64,000 nt of DNA from an uncultured Clostridia bacterium (GTDB lineage Bacteria > Bacillota > Clostridia > TANB77 > CAG-508). Each line of letters opens with the position of its first letter. Positions within the stretch are counted from its first letter, which is position 1. The notes under the pieces are model-generated. The model ran no database searches. It was not told where the DNA came from and was given only the letters and a program-made list of their open reading frames with translations. Location of the stretch: contig CAKPCL010000004.1 of NCBI GenBank assembly GCA_934141605.1, forward strand, positions 14,610 through 78,609, in the 5' to 3' direction. This document shows positions 1 to 9,742 of the stretch, piece by piece. Position numbers and translations under genes: made by a program.

Positions 1-741
1 TTTCCTTTATTATCTTATTTTCTTGAATTTGAGCTTTTTCTAAATCTTCTTTAGAAAATATTTTTTTCTCTAAGCCTAAGCTATCTTCTTTATCAAATTG
101 TTCTTTAATAAATAATAATATGCTATTTGTATCTATAACATAATTAAAAAACTCACATAACTGTATTAAACTTGGTACTCTATTTCCACCCGTAGTAACA
201 CTTGTGCTTCGCACATCTTTAGCATAATAAACTCCTTTTGATTCATCATATAAATATTTTAAATCTTCGAAATAGTCATTTAAAAAAGATGTTCTCTCAT
301 ATTCATAACCATTTTGTTCTAAATATAGTTTTAAAATTTTATAAACAACACTTTCTCTAAAAATTTTTTCAAATACAGGAAAGAGATCTGGACAATTCAT
401 TTCTACTTCTCTTTTTGCCGTACTAACATTAATTCCTTCATTAAATGTAAATGATGTGTCTTTTATTATTTCATATATTTTATTGCCATTTTCCGTTAAA
501 TCTAAATAATTTCCTATATCAGCTTCTCTTCCAACTGTAAGTAATCCTAATCCTATCATAAACTCAGTAGTCCAAGCACTTCCTATATTATCAACAAGAT
601 TTGTTGTTCTATGTCCATTCACATGTTTTAATGTATTTTTCCCAGCAAGAATGATATAGTTTAATATTCTGCCAACTGGAGCTGGTCCACTAACTATTTG
701 CTTAAATTGTATTCCTAGTTCTTCTATATTAATTCTTTCCA
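1..741 (-). CDS. Hypothetical protein, N-terminal 247 codons only (runs off window); last gene of the methyltransferase operon, candidate restriction or specificity component
   Basis: Not in the ORF track because it stays open to position 1. ATG at 741-739 is preceded by GGAGGAATATAC. Translation begins MERINIEELGIQFKQIVSGPAPVGRILNYII. No motif I can name. Confidence 0.55.
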
Positions 742-823
742 TGTATATTCCTCCAACAAATTATAATATTTCTATTGTATTTTATCATATAATTTGATTT
801 TTTTCTACAAAAAAGGAGAAGTT

Positions 824-1855
824 TTAACTCCTCCTTAAAATATATAAATATTCCAGTAATTTGTTGTTTCCTTTTCCTTGTGTAGAATGCTTATAATCAT
901 ATGTTTTAACTTCTACATTATCATAATATTTTCTGCATAATTCTTCTAATTTTTCGCAACTAATTACTCCTTTGTTTGAATAGCTAATTACTAAATTAGA
1001 ATTATTCGTTTTACAGTATTTTATTATATTTTCGAATTCATTACTTACTTTACTTTTATAACAAAAATCTGACATAAATCTATCATTTCTATATTTTGCT
1101 TTATATGATACATCTGGATTATCATATTTTACCACTGTTTCTAAGATATGATAAAATCTAGAATATTGCTCTCCAGAATATGGTGAATCCAAATAAAATG
1201 TTTCTACATTTTTCATTTCTTCAAGCTTTATAAGTTTTTTATAATCAAGATTAAATGATTTATTATTCATATTATTATTAATTATTTTCTTAAAATCTTC
1301 ACATTTATATATAAACTCATTCCACACATTCATATTCCTTAGCGGAATAATTCTTTTATGATCTTTTGGCATATATTGTGCAAAATGCCCTGTGGTAGAT
1401 TGTACTTTACACATAACACTCATCAAAGCTGTTAAATATAAGTTTCTTTTATTTTCATCATTTATTTGCTCTATAGCAAATCTTATTGAGTCAATATCTT
1501 TACATTGTAAATCAGAAAAATATGTATCTGAATATGTTTTATAAAAAAAGTTATATTCCATTTCTTTTAAGTTTTTCTTATAATTCTCTTCTAAATCTTC
1601 TTTACAACTCTTTTTACTTATAATAACTAAATTATTTTCAATTAACGCCTTAGCTATACATTCACTATACTTTTGAACATCATTTGCATATATGGTATAT
1701 CTGCTTTTCAAAGCATAACCTATGCAATTTGTGCCACTCATCAAATCACATACTATTGATTTTGGTGTTGTAATTTTTTCAATTTCTGGTATAATAAAGT
1801 CTAATAATTTATGTTTATTTCCCATATACCTTATTGTTTGAATATTATCATACAT
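824..1855 (-). CDS. DNA adenine methyltransferase, Dam/D12 class
   Basis: N-terminal IRYMGNKHKLL (D12-class signature), DLMSGTN AdoMet loop and catalytic DSPY. Likely start is ATG 1855, overlapping the upstream stop as TAATG; the track ORF starts 5 codons earlier at 1870. Confidence 0.8.
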   Translation of the reverse strand: MYDNIQTIRYMGNKHKLLDFIIPEIEKITTPKSIVCDLMSGTNCIGYALKSRYTIYANDVQKYSECIAKALIENNLVIISKKSCKEDLEENYKKNLKEMEYNFFYKTYSDTYFSDLQCKDIDSIRFAIEQINDENKRNLYLTALMSVMCKVQSTTGHFAQYMPKDHKRIIPLRNMNVWNEFIYKCEDFKKIINNNMNNKSFNLDYKKLIKLEEMKNVETFYLDSPYSGEQYSRFYHILETVVKYDNPDVSYKAKYRNDRFMSDFCYKSKVSNEFENIIKYCKTNNSNLVISYSNKGVISCEKLEELCRKYYDNVEVKTYDYKHSTQGKGNNKLLEYLYILRRS

Positions 1856-3129
1856 TATATTTTCTCCCATATTATTATATAATCATGTGTTATTATATCA
1901 CTATATGTATTTCTAGCTGTTGTTAAGGATCTACTATTATTGTTAATTTCATCTAAAAATACATCCTTCAATTTAAATCCATTCTTTTCTGCTATTAATG
2001 TTAGAAATTCTCCTGTAGAAATCTTTTTCTTTTTCATTTTACTGTCTGATATTTTCATAACAAGATATTTATTTTTCTTTAATAACTTTGACATTTTAAT
2101 TATGACTTTTTCCATTTTATTAAAGAATTCTCCTATTATTTTTGCACTTTTTATATCAATAGCATACATATCATAGATCACTTCATTTATCTCTTTATAA
2201 TTTGTCAATTCTATGTCTTTGTATTCTTCTTTTTTTAATTTGTCATTTCCTATCATTTCATGAGCCAAGTTATTATACTCTTCCAATGTTTTTATAACTT
2301 CCATCCAATACATTTCTAATTTTAGTGTTTCAATATAGCGTACTGATGAAATATATGGAGGATTAGTAACTATTAAATCTATTTTGTTTTTGTATTTATT
2401 TAAATCTATTTCTGTAGAATCCCCTTCTAATATATCTGTAAAATTCTTATTGTTTTCATAAATTGAATATGCTTTTGCTCTTGATTTTACAGCTCTTTTA
2501 AAAGAAGCTTTTACATCTGTATGTATTTTCCCCTCTTCTTCTAATTGATGCATTCTTTTACTAAATCCAGGAAAAACATGTCTTGTATCTGCATTACTTA
2601 CATTTTTTATAATAGCAGATAAAGTTAATAAATAAAACTTTTTATACTCTATACCATATTCTTTATTCTTATCAAAGTATTTATCTATATCTCTCTTTAT
2701 TCTAATTAAATCATCTTGTACAAAATCCTTAAACCAGTGGTCTCTATTCATAATATAAGGCTTTTCATCTTCTTTAACCTTGGTTTTATCTTTTTCTATC
2801 ATATCTAATAATTCATTATTAATCTTATCTAAAATTCCTACATCTAAATTGTATGTTTTTGTTCTAGCAATTTGAACAGATAACGGATTTATCTCTACAC
2901 CAGCAAAATTTCTATTTAATCTTTTTGCTTCTACTGCAACAGTTCCAGATCCCGAAAACGGATCGAATATAATATCATTTTCTTTTGTGAATTCTTTTAT
3001 AAAATAGCCTGGAATAGCTGGAATAAGTTTGCCATAATATCTATGAAAAGAATGAATATCTGCTCTGTCAAGCTTTTTCTCTTCATCCAAGCCTTTTGAA
3101 AAATTACTATTATCATTTATTTTAAACAT
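1855..3129 (-). CDS. DNA methyltransferase (N6-A/N4-C type, AdoMet motif before NPPY)
   Basis: IFDPFSGSGTVAVEA (FxGxG) is followed about 200 aa later by LIVTNPPY. GAAGGAG RBS lies upstream of ATG 3129. Short overlaps with both neighbours suggest translational coupling. Confidence 0.8.
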   Translation of the reverse strand: MFKINDNSNFSKGLDEEKKLDRADIHSFHRYYGKLIPAIPGYFIKEFTKENDIIFDPFSGSGTVAVEAKRLNRNFAGVEINPLSVQIARTKTYNLDVGILDKINNELLDMIEKDKTKVKEDEKPYIMNRDHWFKDFVQDDLIRIKRDIDKYFDKNKEYGIEYKKFYLLTLSAIIKNVSNADTRHVFPGFSKRMHQLEEEGKIHTDVKASFKRAVKSRAKAYSIYENNKNFTDILEGDSTEIDLNKYKNKIDLIVTNPPYISSVRYIETLKLEMYWMEVIKTLEEYNNLAHEMIGNDKLKKEEYKDIELTNYKEINEVIYDMYAIDIKSAKIIGEFFNKMEKVIIKMSKLLKKNKYLVMKISDSKMKKKKISTGEFLTLIAEKNGFKLKDVFLDEINNNSRSLTTARNTYSDIITHDYIIIWEKI

Positions 3130-3448
3130 TTTTATTATCTCCTTCATAATTCTCTATTATTTTTAAAAGCTCTTGCTTCATTTCCTTTTTCGATTTTTCA
3201 ATCAGATGTTGTTCATTATTATTTTCTAATATTAAGTCCATACCAACATTTTGTTTTATAAAGAAAGTCAAATTTTCTAACCTTTTTATACTTATTTTTT
3301 CATACATTTTTTTATTAACAAAATTTTTTAAATTTGTATAATCAATCTTTTCTGATGGATATTTTTCATTGTATAAAGAACATATAGACCACACATTTAA
3401 ATAATCAGATATATTTTCTAAATACCTTCTATAAACCTCTTTTTCCAT
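3122..3448 (-). CDS. Hypothetical 108-aa protein, first gene of the methyltransferase operon
   Basis: GGGGGAGAGACA-ATG RBS and an 8-nt overlap with the downstream methyltransferase. No recognisable motif. Confidence 0.6.
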   Translation of the reverse strand: MEKEVYRRYLENISDYLNVWSICSLYNEKYPSEKIDYTNLKNFVNKKMYEKISIKRLENLTFFIKQNVGMDLILENNNEQHLIEKSKKEMKQELLKIIENYEGDNKNV

Positions 3449-3480
3449 TGTCTCTCCCCCAAAAATTATTTCACGAGATT

Positions 3481-3535
3481 ATTTTACTATATTTTTATGG
3501 TAATGTCAAATATTTTACTATATATATATGGTAAT
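3481..3535. repeat. Two 24-nt direct repeats (22/24 identical) upstream of the methyltransferase operon; candidate operator or promoter element
   Basis: ATTTTACTATATTTTTATGGTAAT (3481-3504) and ATTTTACTATATATATATGGTAAT (3512-3535) with a 7-nt spacer, 33-87 nt upstream of the ATG at 3448. Confidence 0.6.
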
Positions 3536-3589
3536 TATTTTTATAAAATATTTCCTTTAAAGCCAAAGCCTTAAAAGAAATATTTATAT

Positions 3590-4915
3590 TTACCTATTTA
3601 TTCTCTCTTTCTTTTTCTTTTGTTCTTTTCCCTGTTCCTTATCTTCTACTTCTTTAATCTGCTCTTTCATTTCTGGAACATTATTATAAATTACATCACA
3701 AAGTTTTATTTCTTTCTTTACTTTCTTAAGCATATCTGTAACAAGAATAATATCTTTAGTAATAGCATCTCTATCTTCATCATTGTTACATTTATTTCTG
3801 TGATAATATAACTTATTTCTTTTATTAAGTATTATCTGTTTTTCTCTAAGTTTCTTAGCTCTTAGATCATCTACTGCATCTGTTGTTTCCAATTTATATT
3901 TACACATAAATCTAATCTGTTCTGAATAGAATTCCATTTTCTTTATTTCTTTTTGCATTTCTGGTGTTAGCTTGTATTCTATATTATTCTTTTTATGAAA
4001 TCCTAATAAGAACTTATAATAGTAATATAATGCAATTATTCCTTTAGGCTTATATTTTTTCTTTACACTAAATTTGCTTGAATAAAACTTTGATTTTGTA
4101 ACTCTATAAGGAACTATATCTGCTCTTCATACATAATCGTTTTGTAGAATTCTTTTTGTTATGTTATCAACAGAATATTCTTCTCCAAAAGCTCTTTCAA
4201 CTCTTATATTTCTTTTATAAGGTTCTCTCCTTACTGATAGTTTTCCAGCTCTGTAATAATATTTATATCCCATTGATTCTAATATTCTGCGAAAGTCTTT
4301 TGTTGTATAGGAATTCTTAATTGCATAATCTAAGTCTTCTTTAACTTCTTTATGATAATCACTTTCTTGTATATGCTTTTTATAGAAGTTTTCAAAGTTT
4401 ATTCCAGATTTGCATTTCTTTTCTTCTAATACACTTAAACCATATTCCTCACAAAGTTCATCAGATGTTTTTCGCAATAATGCTGTATTTTCAAAATTAC
4501 TATAATACTTATATCCATCCTTAAATGAAACTGAATTAATTACAAAATGATTATGAAGATGTTTAGTATTTAAGTGAGTAGATACCACTACTTGAAATCT
4601 ATCTCCCCACATTTCTTCTGCAAGTCTTACTCCAATTTCATGAGCTATTTCTGGTGTTACTTCATTTTCCTTAAACGATTGCTCTGCATGAAATGCTAAT
4701 ATGCCATCTGTTTTGTGCCAAAAATCCTTTGCATTTCTCATTTCTTCTACTGCAGAATCTACATCACAATTTATACCTGTTGTATAAAATTGTTTTTCTG
4801 TTTTATCTGCATTAGTTGCATACATCATTACTTGTCTTATACTATCGTAATCATCTACTCCATTTTCTAAATAATCATTTTTTGTTTTTTCCTCATTAGT
4901 TGTATAATCCATCAC
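3590..4915 (-). pseudogene. MOB relaxase (relaxase/mobilisation nuclease family) interrupted by one in-frame TGA
   Basis: The N-part has the STHLNTKHLHNHFVINSV histidine cluster. TGA at 4127-4129 is in the same frame as ORF 3590-3958, and codons 3959-4126 are open (RADIVPYRVTKSKFYSS...). Readthrough would give about 441 aa. Confidence 0.8.
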
Positions 4916-5018
4916 ATGATCTAATCTTTTTTCTACTTTCCTCCTTTTTATTTACTTTTCTAAAATTTTATATTAAAATATATTTATAATCATTTGGGTT
5001 AGTATTTAGTTTTGCGGC

Positions 5019-5831
5019 TTATACTAACTCTTTTCTTTTGTCTTTTCCAAAGATGATTATTCCTCTACACATTTCATAAAGTCTTGATATTATTGAATCT
5101 ACTATTTCTTCATTGTTATTACATAAAAGTCTTTTTCTTAACTTTTCTTTGTTATAATTTGTTGTAATTATTATTGGTAAATTGTTCTCATATCTGTTAT
5201 TTATTATTGTAAATAATTTTTCTAATGTCCATTCACTAGGTCTTTCTTTACCTAAATCATCAATTATCAACAATGGAATTTTTGAATATTTTTCAATAAC
5301 ATCACTCTCACAATTGCCATCAATTTTGTAAGTATCCTTTATATCATTTAGTAAAGTTATTAGTGTTCCAAATATAACTGGTATTTCATTTTCTATTAAG
5401 TAATTTGCTATACTTGCTGCTAAATGTGTTTTACCTGTTCCAACTCCTCCAGTTATAAATAAACTTCCTTTGTTATCGCCTTTAACAAAACCTTCTGCAT
5501 ACCTTTTTGACTTTTCATAAGCCATTCTATTGTCATTATTAGTCATATAATTTTCAAAATTATATTCCATTAATCTTTTGTTCATTTTGCTATTTAAGTA
5601 ATATCTCTTTCTTAGCATCATCTTTCTGTTATACTCCCTTTTATATTCTATTGCAGCTCTTCTATCATCAACCTTTTTCCAATATATCTTTGCTTTCATG
5701 CAGTCACATCTTACAGGCTCTCCTGATAAAACAAACTCTCTGTCTCCTACTACAAATCTCATTGTCTTTTGTTCTAATTCCTTTCCACAGAATTTGCATT
5801 TTTCTATTTTTATTGTGTTTGTACTTATCAT
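5019..5831 (-). CDS. DnaC/IstB-like AAA+ ATPase (helicase-loader type) with N-terminal Cys cluster
   Basis: Walker A GGVGTGKTHL, Walker B LLIIDDLG, N-terminal CKFCGK...RCDC. AAAGGAG RBS precedes ATG 5831; the track ORF starts 6 codons earlier. Confidence 0.75.
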   Translation of the reverse strand: MISTNTIKIEKCKFCGKELEQKTMRFVVGDREFVLSGEPVRCDCMKAKIYWKKVDDRRAAIEYKREYNRKMMLRKRYYLNSKMNKRLMEYNFENYMTNNDNRMAYEKSKRYAEGFVKGDNKGSLFITGGVGTGKTHLAASIANYLIENEIPVIFGTLITLLNDIKDTYKIDGNCESDVIEKYSKIPLLIIDDLGKERPSEWTLEKLFTIINNRYENNLPIIITTNYNKEKLRKRLLCNNNEEIVDSIISRLYEMCRGIIIFGKDKRKELV

Positions 5832-5866
5832 ATAAACTTCTCCTTTCATAATTAAAAATTGCTTTT

Positions 5867-6343
5867 TTAGTCTTTAAATCCACTATCATTTTCTATTCTA
5901 ATCTTTTCTTCTCTATTCTTATCTTCTGCGTTATCTAACATTACAGTATCGTTATTTATCATTTGTTTATCTCTAAATCTTTGCTGTCTTTTCCTGTTGT
6001 CTTCCTTGATTTTTTCGAGCTTATCAAGATTTTGATAAACATCCCAATTTTTAATATATATTGTTCCATCTTCTACGAATATCATGTGAAGATTCACTAG
6101 TTGTTGCATGATCGTTGTAAGTTTGTTTACTGTCTTGTTCATAATTCTTGCAAGATCATCTATTGTTATTGGGATATTCTCACCAAGTAGAACTGCTCCA
6201 TGTGCATTACACTTTGCAGCTAATGCTAATAGTTGAAACCATACTCTACAATAGGTGTCCCCATCCCTACTATTTAGTAGCTTTTTAATTTTTTCATTGT
6301 CAAATATATCTGCCTGTATCTTAAACCAATGAACTTCAACCAT
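5867..6343 (-). CDS. Phage/plasmid replisome-organizer N-terminal domain protein (DnaD-like)
   Basis: MVEVHWFKIQADIFDNEKIKKLL...GDTYCRVWFQLLALAAKCN is the typical replisome-organizer N-terminus. Sits directly upstream of the DnaC-like gene. Confidence 0.65.
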   Translation of the reverse strand: MVEVHWFKIQADIFDNEKIKKLLNSRDGDTYCRVWFQLLALAAKCNAHGAVLLGENIPITIDDLARIMNKTVNKLTTIMQQLVNLHMIFVEDGTIYIKNWDVYQNLDKLEKIKEDNRKRQQRFRDKQMINNDTVMLDNAEDKNREEKIRIENDSGFKD

Positions 6344-6359
6344 TTTTCTTCCTCCTTTG

Positions 6360-6557
6360 CTATCTTACTGAAGCTCGTTCTTTTTCACATAGATATTCAT
6401 CCAGTGCTTTTACTCTAAATAAGAACTTGCCGCCTACTTTTGAATATGGTATTTGTTTTTTCTTAACCAGTTGATTAATTAACCAATATGATATTCCTAA
6501 ATAGTCTGCTGCTTCTCTCATTGTTAGAGTTATTCTTTTGACTTCCTGAAATTCCAT
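6360..6557 (-). CDS. Excisionase-family / MerR-like HTH DNA-binding protein
   Basis: LTMREAADYLGISYWLINQLVKKKQIPYSKVGGKFLF matches the HTH_17/Xis pattern. AAAGGAGG RBS precedes ATG 6557; the track ORF extends 15 codons further upstream from a non-ATG start. Confidence 0.65.
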   Translation of the reverse strand: MEFQEVKRITLTMREAADYLGISYWLINQLVKKKQIPYSKVGGKFLFRVKALDEYLCEKERASVR

Positions 6558-6811
6558 ATACATTCCTCCTTTCTTTTGAAATTTTATCTTCTTTGTTGAC
6601 AACTTATCTTTTGTGTGGTAAGCTATTATTATAAGTAATCAATTACTTGTTTTATGTTGTAATTTTACTTAAAAGTCAAGTCCTGACTGGTTTTGTCTCT
6701 GTAATTGATTTTGTGTAATAATCACTTACTATGGTAAGAGTATATCAGTAATCTATTATGTTTGTTAAGGGCTTACTGTAAATTTTTTATAATTTTTTAG
6801 GAGGTATTCGT

Positions 6812-7690
6812 ATGAGCCTTAATTTTAGTGCATTTGAAGAAAAAAATATTTTTAAATTTGCTAAATATGAAATTAAAGAAATAAGCAAAACTAAATATAT
6901 AGTTTCAGATAGTATAAATAAAAAGCACTCTAGTGGTGCTCCATTAATTGATATAGAAAAAGATTTTGAAGAATCTATTTTAATAGATTTATTAAATATA
7001 GGTAAATTAGTTTTTTATAACGAAAATGATATAGAAAAAAGTGTTTTAGACTTTGTAAATAAGTATTCTACATTAGGGTTAATAAACGATTTACCTTTAA
7101 ATAAATACTTTTTCTTAGATGATAAAATAGTTTTAAAAGATTATAACTATATTGGAAATTCTGATTTAACAGCAGTAGTAGATAGAAAGAAATATTTTAA
7201 ATTATTCTTCCCTACTTGTGATGATAGTCATATAAAAGAATTAATTAATGAAGTAACTAAATTAGCAGAAACTCCTGCCATGGAAAAATACATATTATCT
7301 GATGTAAATAAATTATTAGCAGGATCTAATTTATATTGTGAACCTCTAGATATGTTTGTTCAATATGCTAAATACTTATATAGTTTATTAAATAATATTT
7401 CTAATGAAGATAATTACAATATAGATGAATTATTAAAGCAATTTGAAATTAACAATGTTAAAATAAGTTTGTCTAGAAAAGAAACTTTATCCGTAGAATT
7501 TCAAATCACTTGTTTAAAGCAATATATTGATTATTACTTCGCTAAAACAGTATCACAAGATATTAACTTATTAAAGATATGCAAATTCTGTAATAAAGCT
7601 TTTCTTGCTGTTAATCCTAAAGCTGAATATCATACTCCTCAATGTAAGAATAAAGCAAATGTTTATAAAAATAGAGCAAAAAATAAATAG
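6812..7690 (+). CDS. Hypothetical 292-aa cargo protein with C-terminal Cys4-type zinc-ribbon-like tail
   Basis: TAGGAGG RBS. C-terminus CKFCNKAFLAVNPKAEYHTPQCKNKANVYKNR. No other motif recognised. Confidence 0.6.
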   Translation: MSLNFSAFEEKNIFKFAKYEIKEISKTKYIVSDSINKKHSSGAPLIDIEKDFEESILIDLLNIGKLVFYNENDIEKSVLDFVNKYSTLGLINDLPLNKYFFLDDKIVLKDYNYIGNSDLTAVVDRKKYFKLFFPTCDDSHIKELINEVTKLAETPAMEKYILSDVNKLLAGSNLYCEPLDMFVQYAKYLYSLLNNISNEDNYNIDELLKQFEINNVKISLSRKETLSVEFQITCLKQYIDYYFAKTVSQDINLLKICKFCNKAFLAVNPKAEYHTPQCKNKANVYKNRAKNK

Positions 7691-7714
7691 TCCATTCTAG
7701 GACTATTTATTTTT
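7685..7714. terminator. Bidirectional rho-independent terminator between convergent genes
   Basis: AAATAGTCC-attcta-GGACTATTT hairpin followed by a T-rich run; overlaps the stop of 6812-7690 and abuts the stop of the helicase gene. Confidence 0.6.
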
Positions 7715-9740
7715 ATATACTATCTATATTATTTTTTGAAAACGGACTTAAATCTTGATTTAAAATATCATCTCTTTTATTTTCAATTAGCCCTAAAATC
7801 ATTGAAGCAGATACATTATTATCTATTTCTAATATATCAATTATTTTCTTTGCATCACTAGTTTCTATTCCTAAATCATCCAATATCTTAAATGATGTAT
7901 CTAACTTATTAAATGTTGCAATCAGGGAAATAAATGTATTTAAAAATTCATTTTCGATTTTTGGCTCAATAATTTCTATATAATTAACAAATTTAGATAA
8001 TCTAAATTTAATATAGTTTATTAAATTATATAGTGCATCAATAAACATGTTTATATTTTCTCTATCACTAGTTATATTAAATCTAGTATTAAATTCTTGG
8101 ATCATCGCCTTTATACTCTTTTTATTCAGTAGATCATTAATATACACCTTATATGGTAAAAAATTTATATTCAAGTTTAAATTGTTATATTTTTCCTTTT
8201 GAAACATATATACTGGTGCTTTAATTAATTCTGTTCCTATTTTTATACAATCATAAACGCTTCTACATTCTGATAATCTTTTGCTTAATCCTTCTTCAAA
8301 AAATTTTACAGTTTTATTCAGTTCAAGATTTTTTTCAACCATTACTTCTTTTGTAACACTATACTTACTGCTTAACAATTCTATTTTTTTATCATATTCA
8401 TTCTTTTTATTTTCATCAGCGTATTCCTTATTTAGATATAAAACTTCATCATCCGAATAAATTTCTTCATCCTCAGCTCTGATTTTTAAATCTAACCAAC
8501 TATTGATATTAAGCAAATCATTTAAAATTTCTTTATTGCAGATTAATATCTTTCCTATTTTAGGTTCATTTGGATTTAACCTTCCTACTCTCCCTATTAA
8601 ATTATTTAATTTAAAAGTATCACCTGGATTATCCACAATAATTAATGATTCTGTTGGTGTATTTATTCCTTCCATTAATGTATCAGTACATAATAGTATT
8701 TTCATATTTTTCTTGTTATATTCATTTTCATAAAATTTTCTTAAGTACATTGGCGTTTTTCCATGATGAATACCTATTCCTCTTTTCAATAAATCAATTA
8801 CATACCATTCTTCACCTATACTTTCTTCTAAATAATCTATTTCTTTTTTATATAGATTTGCATAATAATCATTTTCAGGTATTTTGTTTAAAATCTTATC
8901 TATATTTTTATATATTGATTGTGGACTATGAAAATATATTAATTCACTATTAAAAGTAATATAGTCTTCCCAATTTTCATCATCTTTCAATATATCTTTT
9001 TGATTATATATTGGCATATAATTGGTATAATACTTAACAATATCCAATTTAGTATTATTAAAATTTACGTTGCTAATATATGGTCCTAATAAGGCAATTT
9101 TTTTAGCTTGTTGTACAAGATCTAAATATACCTTATTCATAAAAATTAGTCTATCATCTGTCTTAACATCATGTTCTGTACCTTGCAATTTATATATTTC
9201 ATCAAATACTAATAAATCTATATCAATATCTTTAGTATTTTGAACAAATGTTGAATCTGTCCTTTCTGGTACAAATACAAAAATATTTTTTTCTTTTAAA
9301 ACTTCCCCACTATTTATACAAATATTATATATATCTTTAAAATAATCATAAATCTTTTTTAATAATTCGTTCATTAATGCGATAGTTGGAATTATAAATA
9401 CAATATTATTTAGTTTATCACTATTCCTTTTAATAAATTCTAATAACACAAACGTCTTTCCAAAACTTGTTGGAGCACTCAGAAAAATATTATGCTTATC
9501 CAAGATGTCTAATATTTCTACTTGATATTTTGTTAAAATAACACTATCATCTATTTTTGAAGTATAAATAATTCTATTTATAGAGTTACGAAGACTTTCT
9601 TTTTTTTCATACATATTTAAATCTAAAAAATTTAATTCTTCATTATTTATTTGTGAACTACTAAAAGTTTCTTTTAAGATTTGCTCTCTTCTTGCTCTTA
9701 TTGAGTCATCAAGGTATTTATATACTATTTCTTCATTCAT
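7713..9740 (-). CDS. Superfamily-2 helicase, HamB-like (Hachiman-type defence helicase)
   Basis: Walker A LSAPTSFGKTF, DExx box LLVFDEIYKL, motif VI LIGRVGRL. Starts 2 nt after the stop of the DUF1837-like gene. Confidence 0.6.
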   Translation of the reverse strand: MNEEIVYKYLDDSIRARREQILKETFSSSQINNEELNFLDLNMYEKKESLRNSINRIIYTSKIDDSVILTKYQVEILDILDKHNIFLSAPTSFGKTFVLLEFIKRNSDKLNNIVFIIPTIALMNELLKKIYDYFKDIYNICINSGEVLKEKNIFVFVPERTDSTFVQNTKDIDIDLLVFDEIYKLQGTEHDVKTDDRLIFMNKVYLDLVQQAKKIALLGPYISNVNFNNTKLDIVKYYTNYMPIYNQKDILKDDENWEDYITFNSELIYFHSPQSIYKNIDKILNKIPENDYYANLYKKEIDYLEESIGEEWYVIDLLKRGIGIHHGKTPMYLRKFYENEYNKKNMKILLCTDTLMEGINTPTESLIIVDNPGDTFKLNNLIGRVGRLNPNEPKIGKILICNKEILNDLLNINSWLDLKIRAEDEEIYSDDEVLYLNKEYADENKKNEYDKKIELLSSKYSVTKEVMVEKNLELNKTVKFFEEGLSKRLSECRSVYDCIKIGTELIKAPVYMFQKEKYNNLNLNINFLPYKVYINDLLNKKSIKAMIQEFNTRFNITSDRENINMFIDALYNLINYIKFRLSKFVNYIEIIEPKIENEFLNTFISLIATFNKLDTSFKILDDLGIETSDAKKIIDILEIDNNVSASMILGLIENKRDDILNQDLSPFSKNNIDSI

Positions 9741-9742
9741 CT

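Noticed and set aside
4127-4129. TGA reassignment (genetic code 4 or 25) as the explanation for the in-frame TGA in the relaxase.
   Set aside because: TGA terminates well-supported genes at the expected C-termini, for example the Ca/Na antiporter at 15919-15921 and the SAM methyltransferase at 12725-12727. The standard bacterial code therefore applies.
5704-5889. 61-aa ORF bridging the DnaC-like and replisome-organizer genes, which might indicate a fusion or frameshift.
   Set aside because: Both flanking genes are complete, with their own RBS and start. The bridging ORF is in a third frame with no homology signal.
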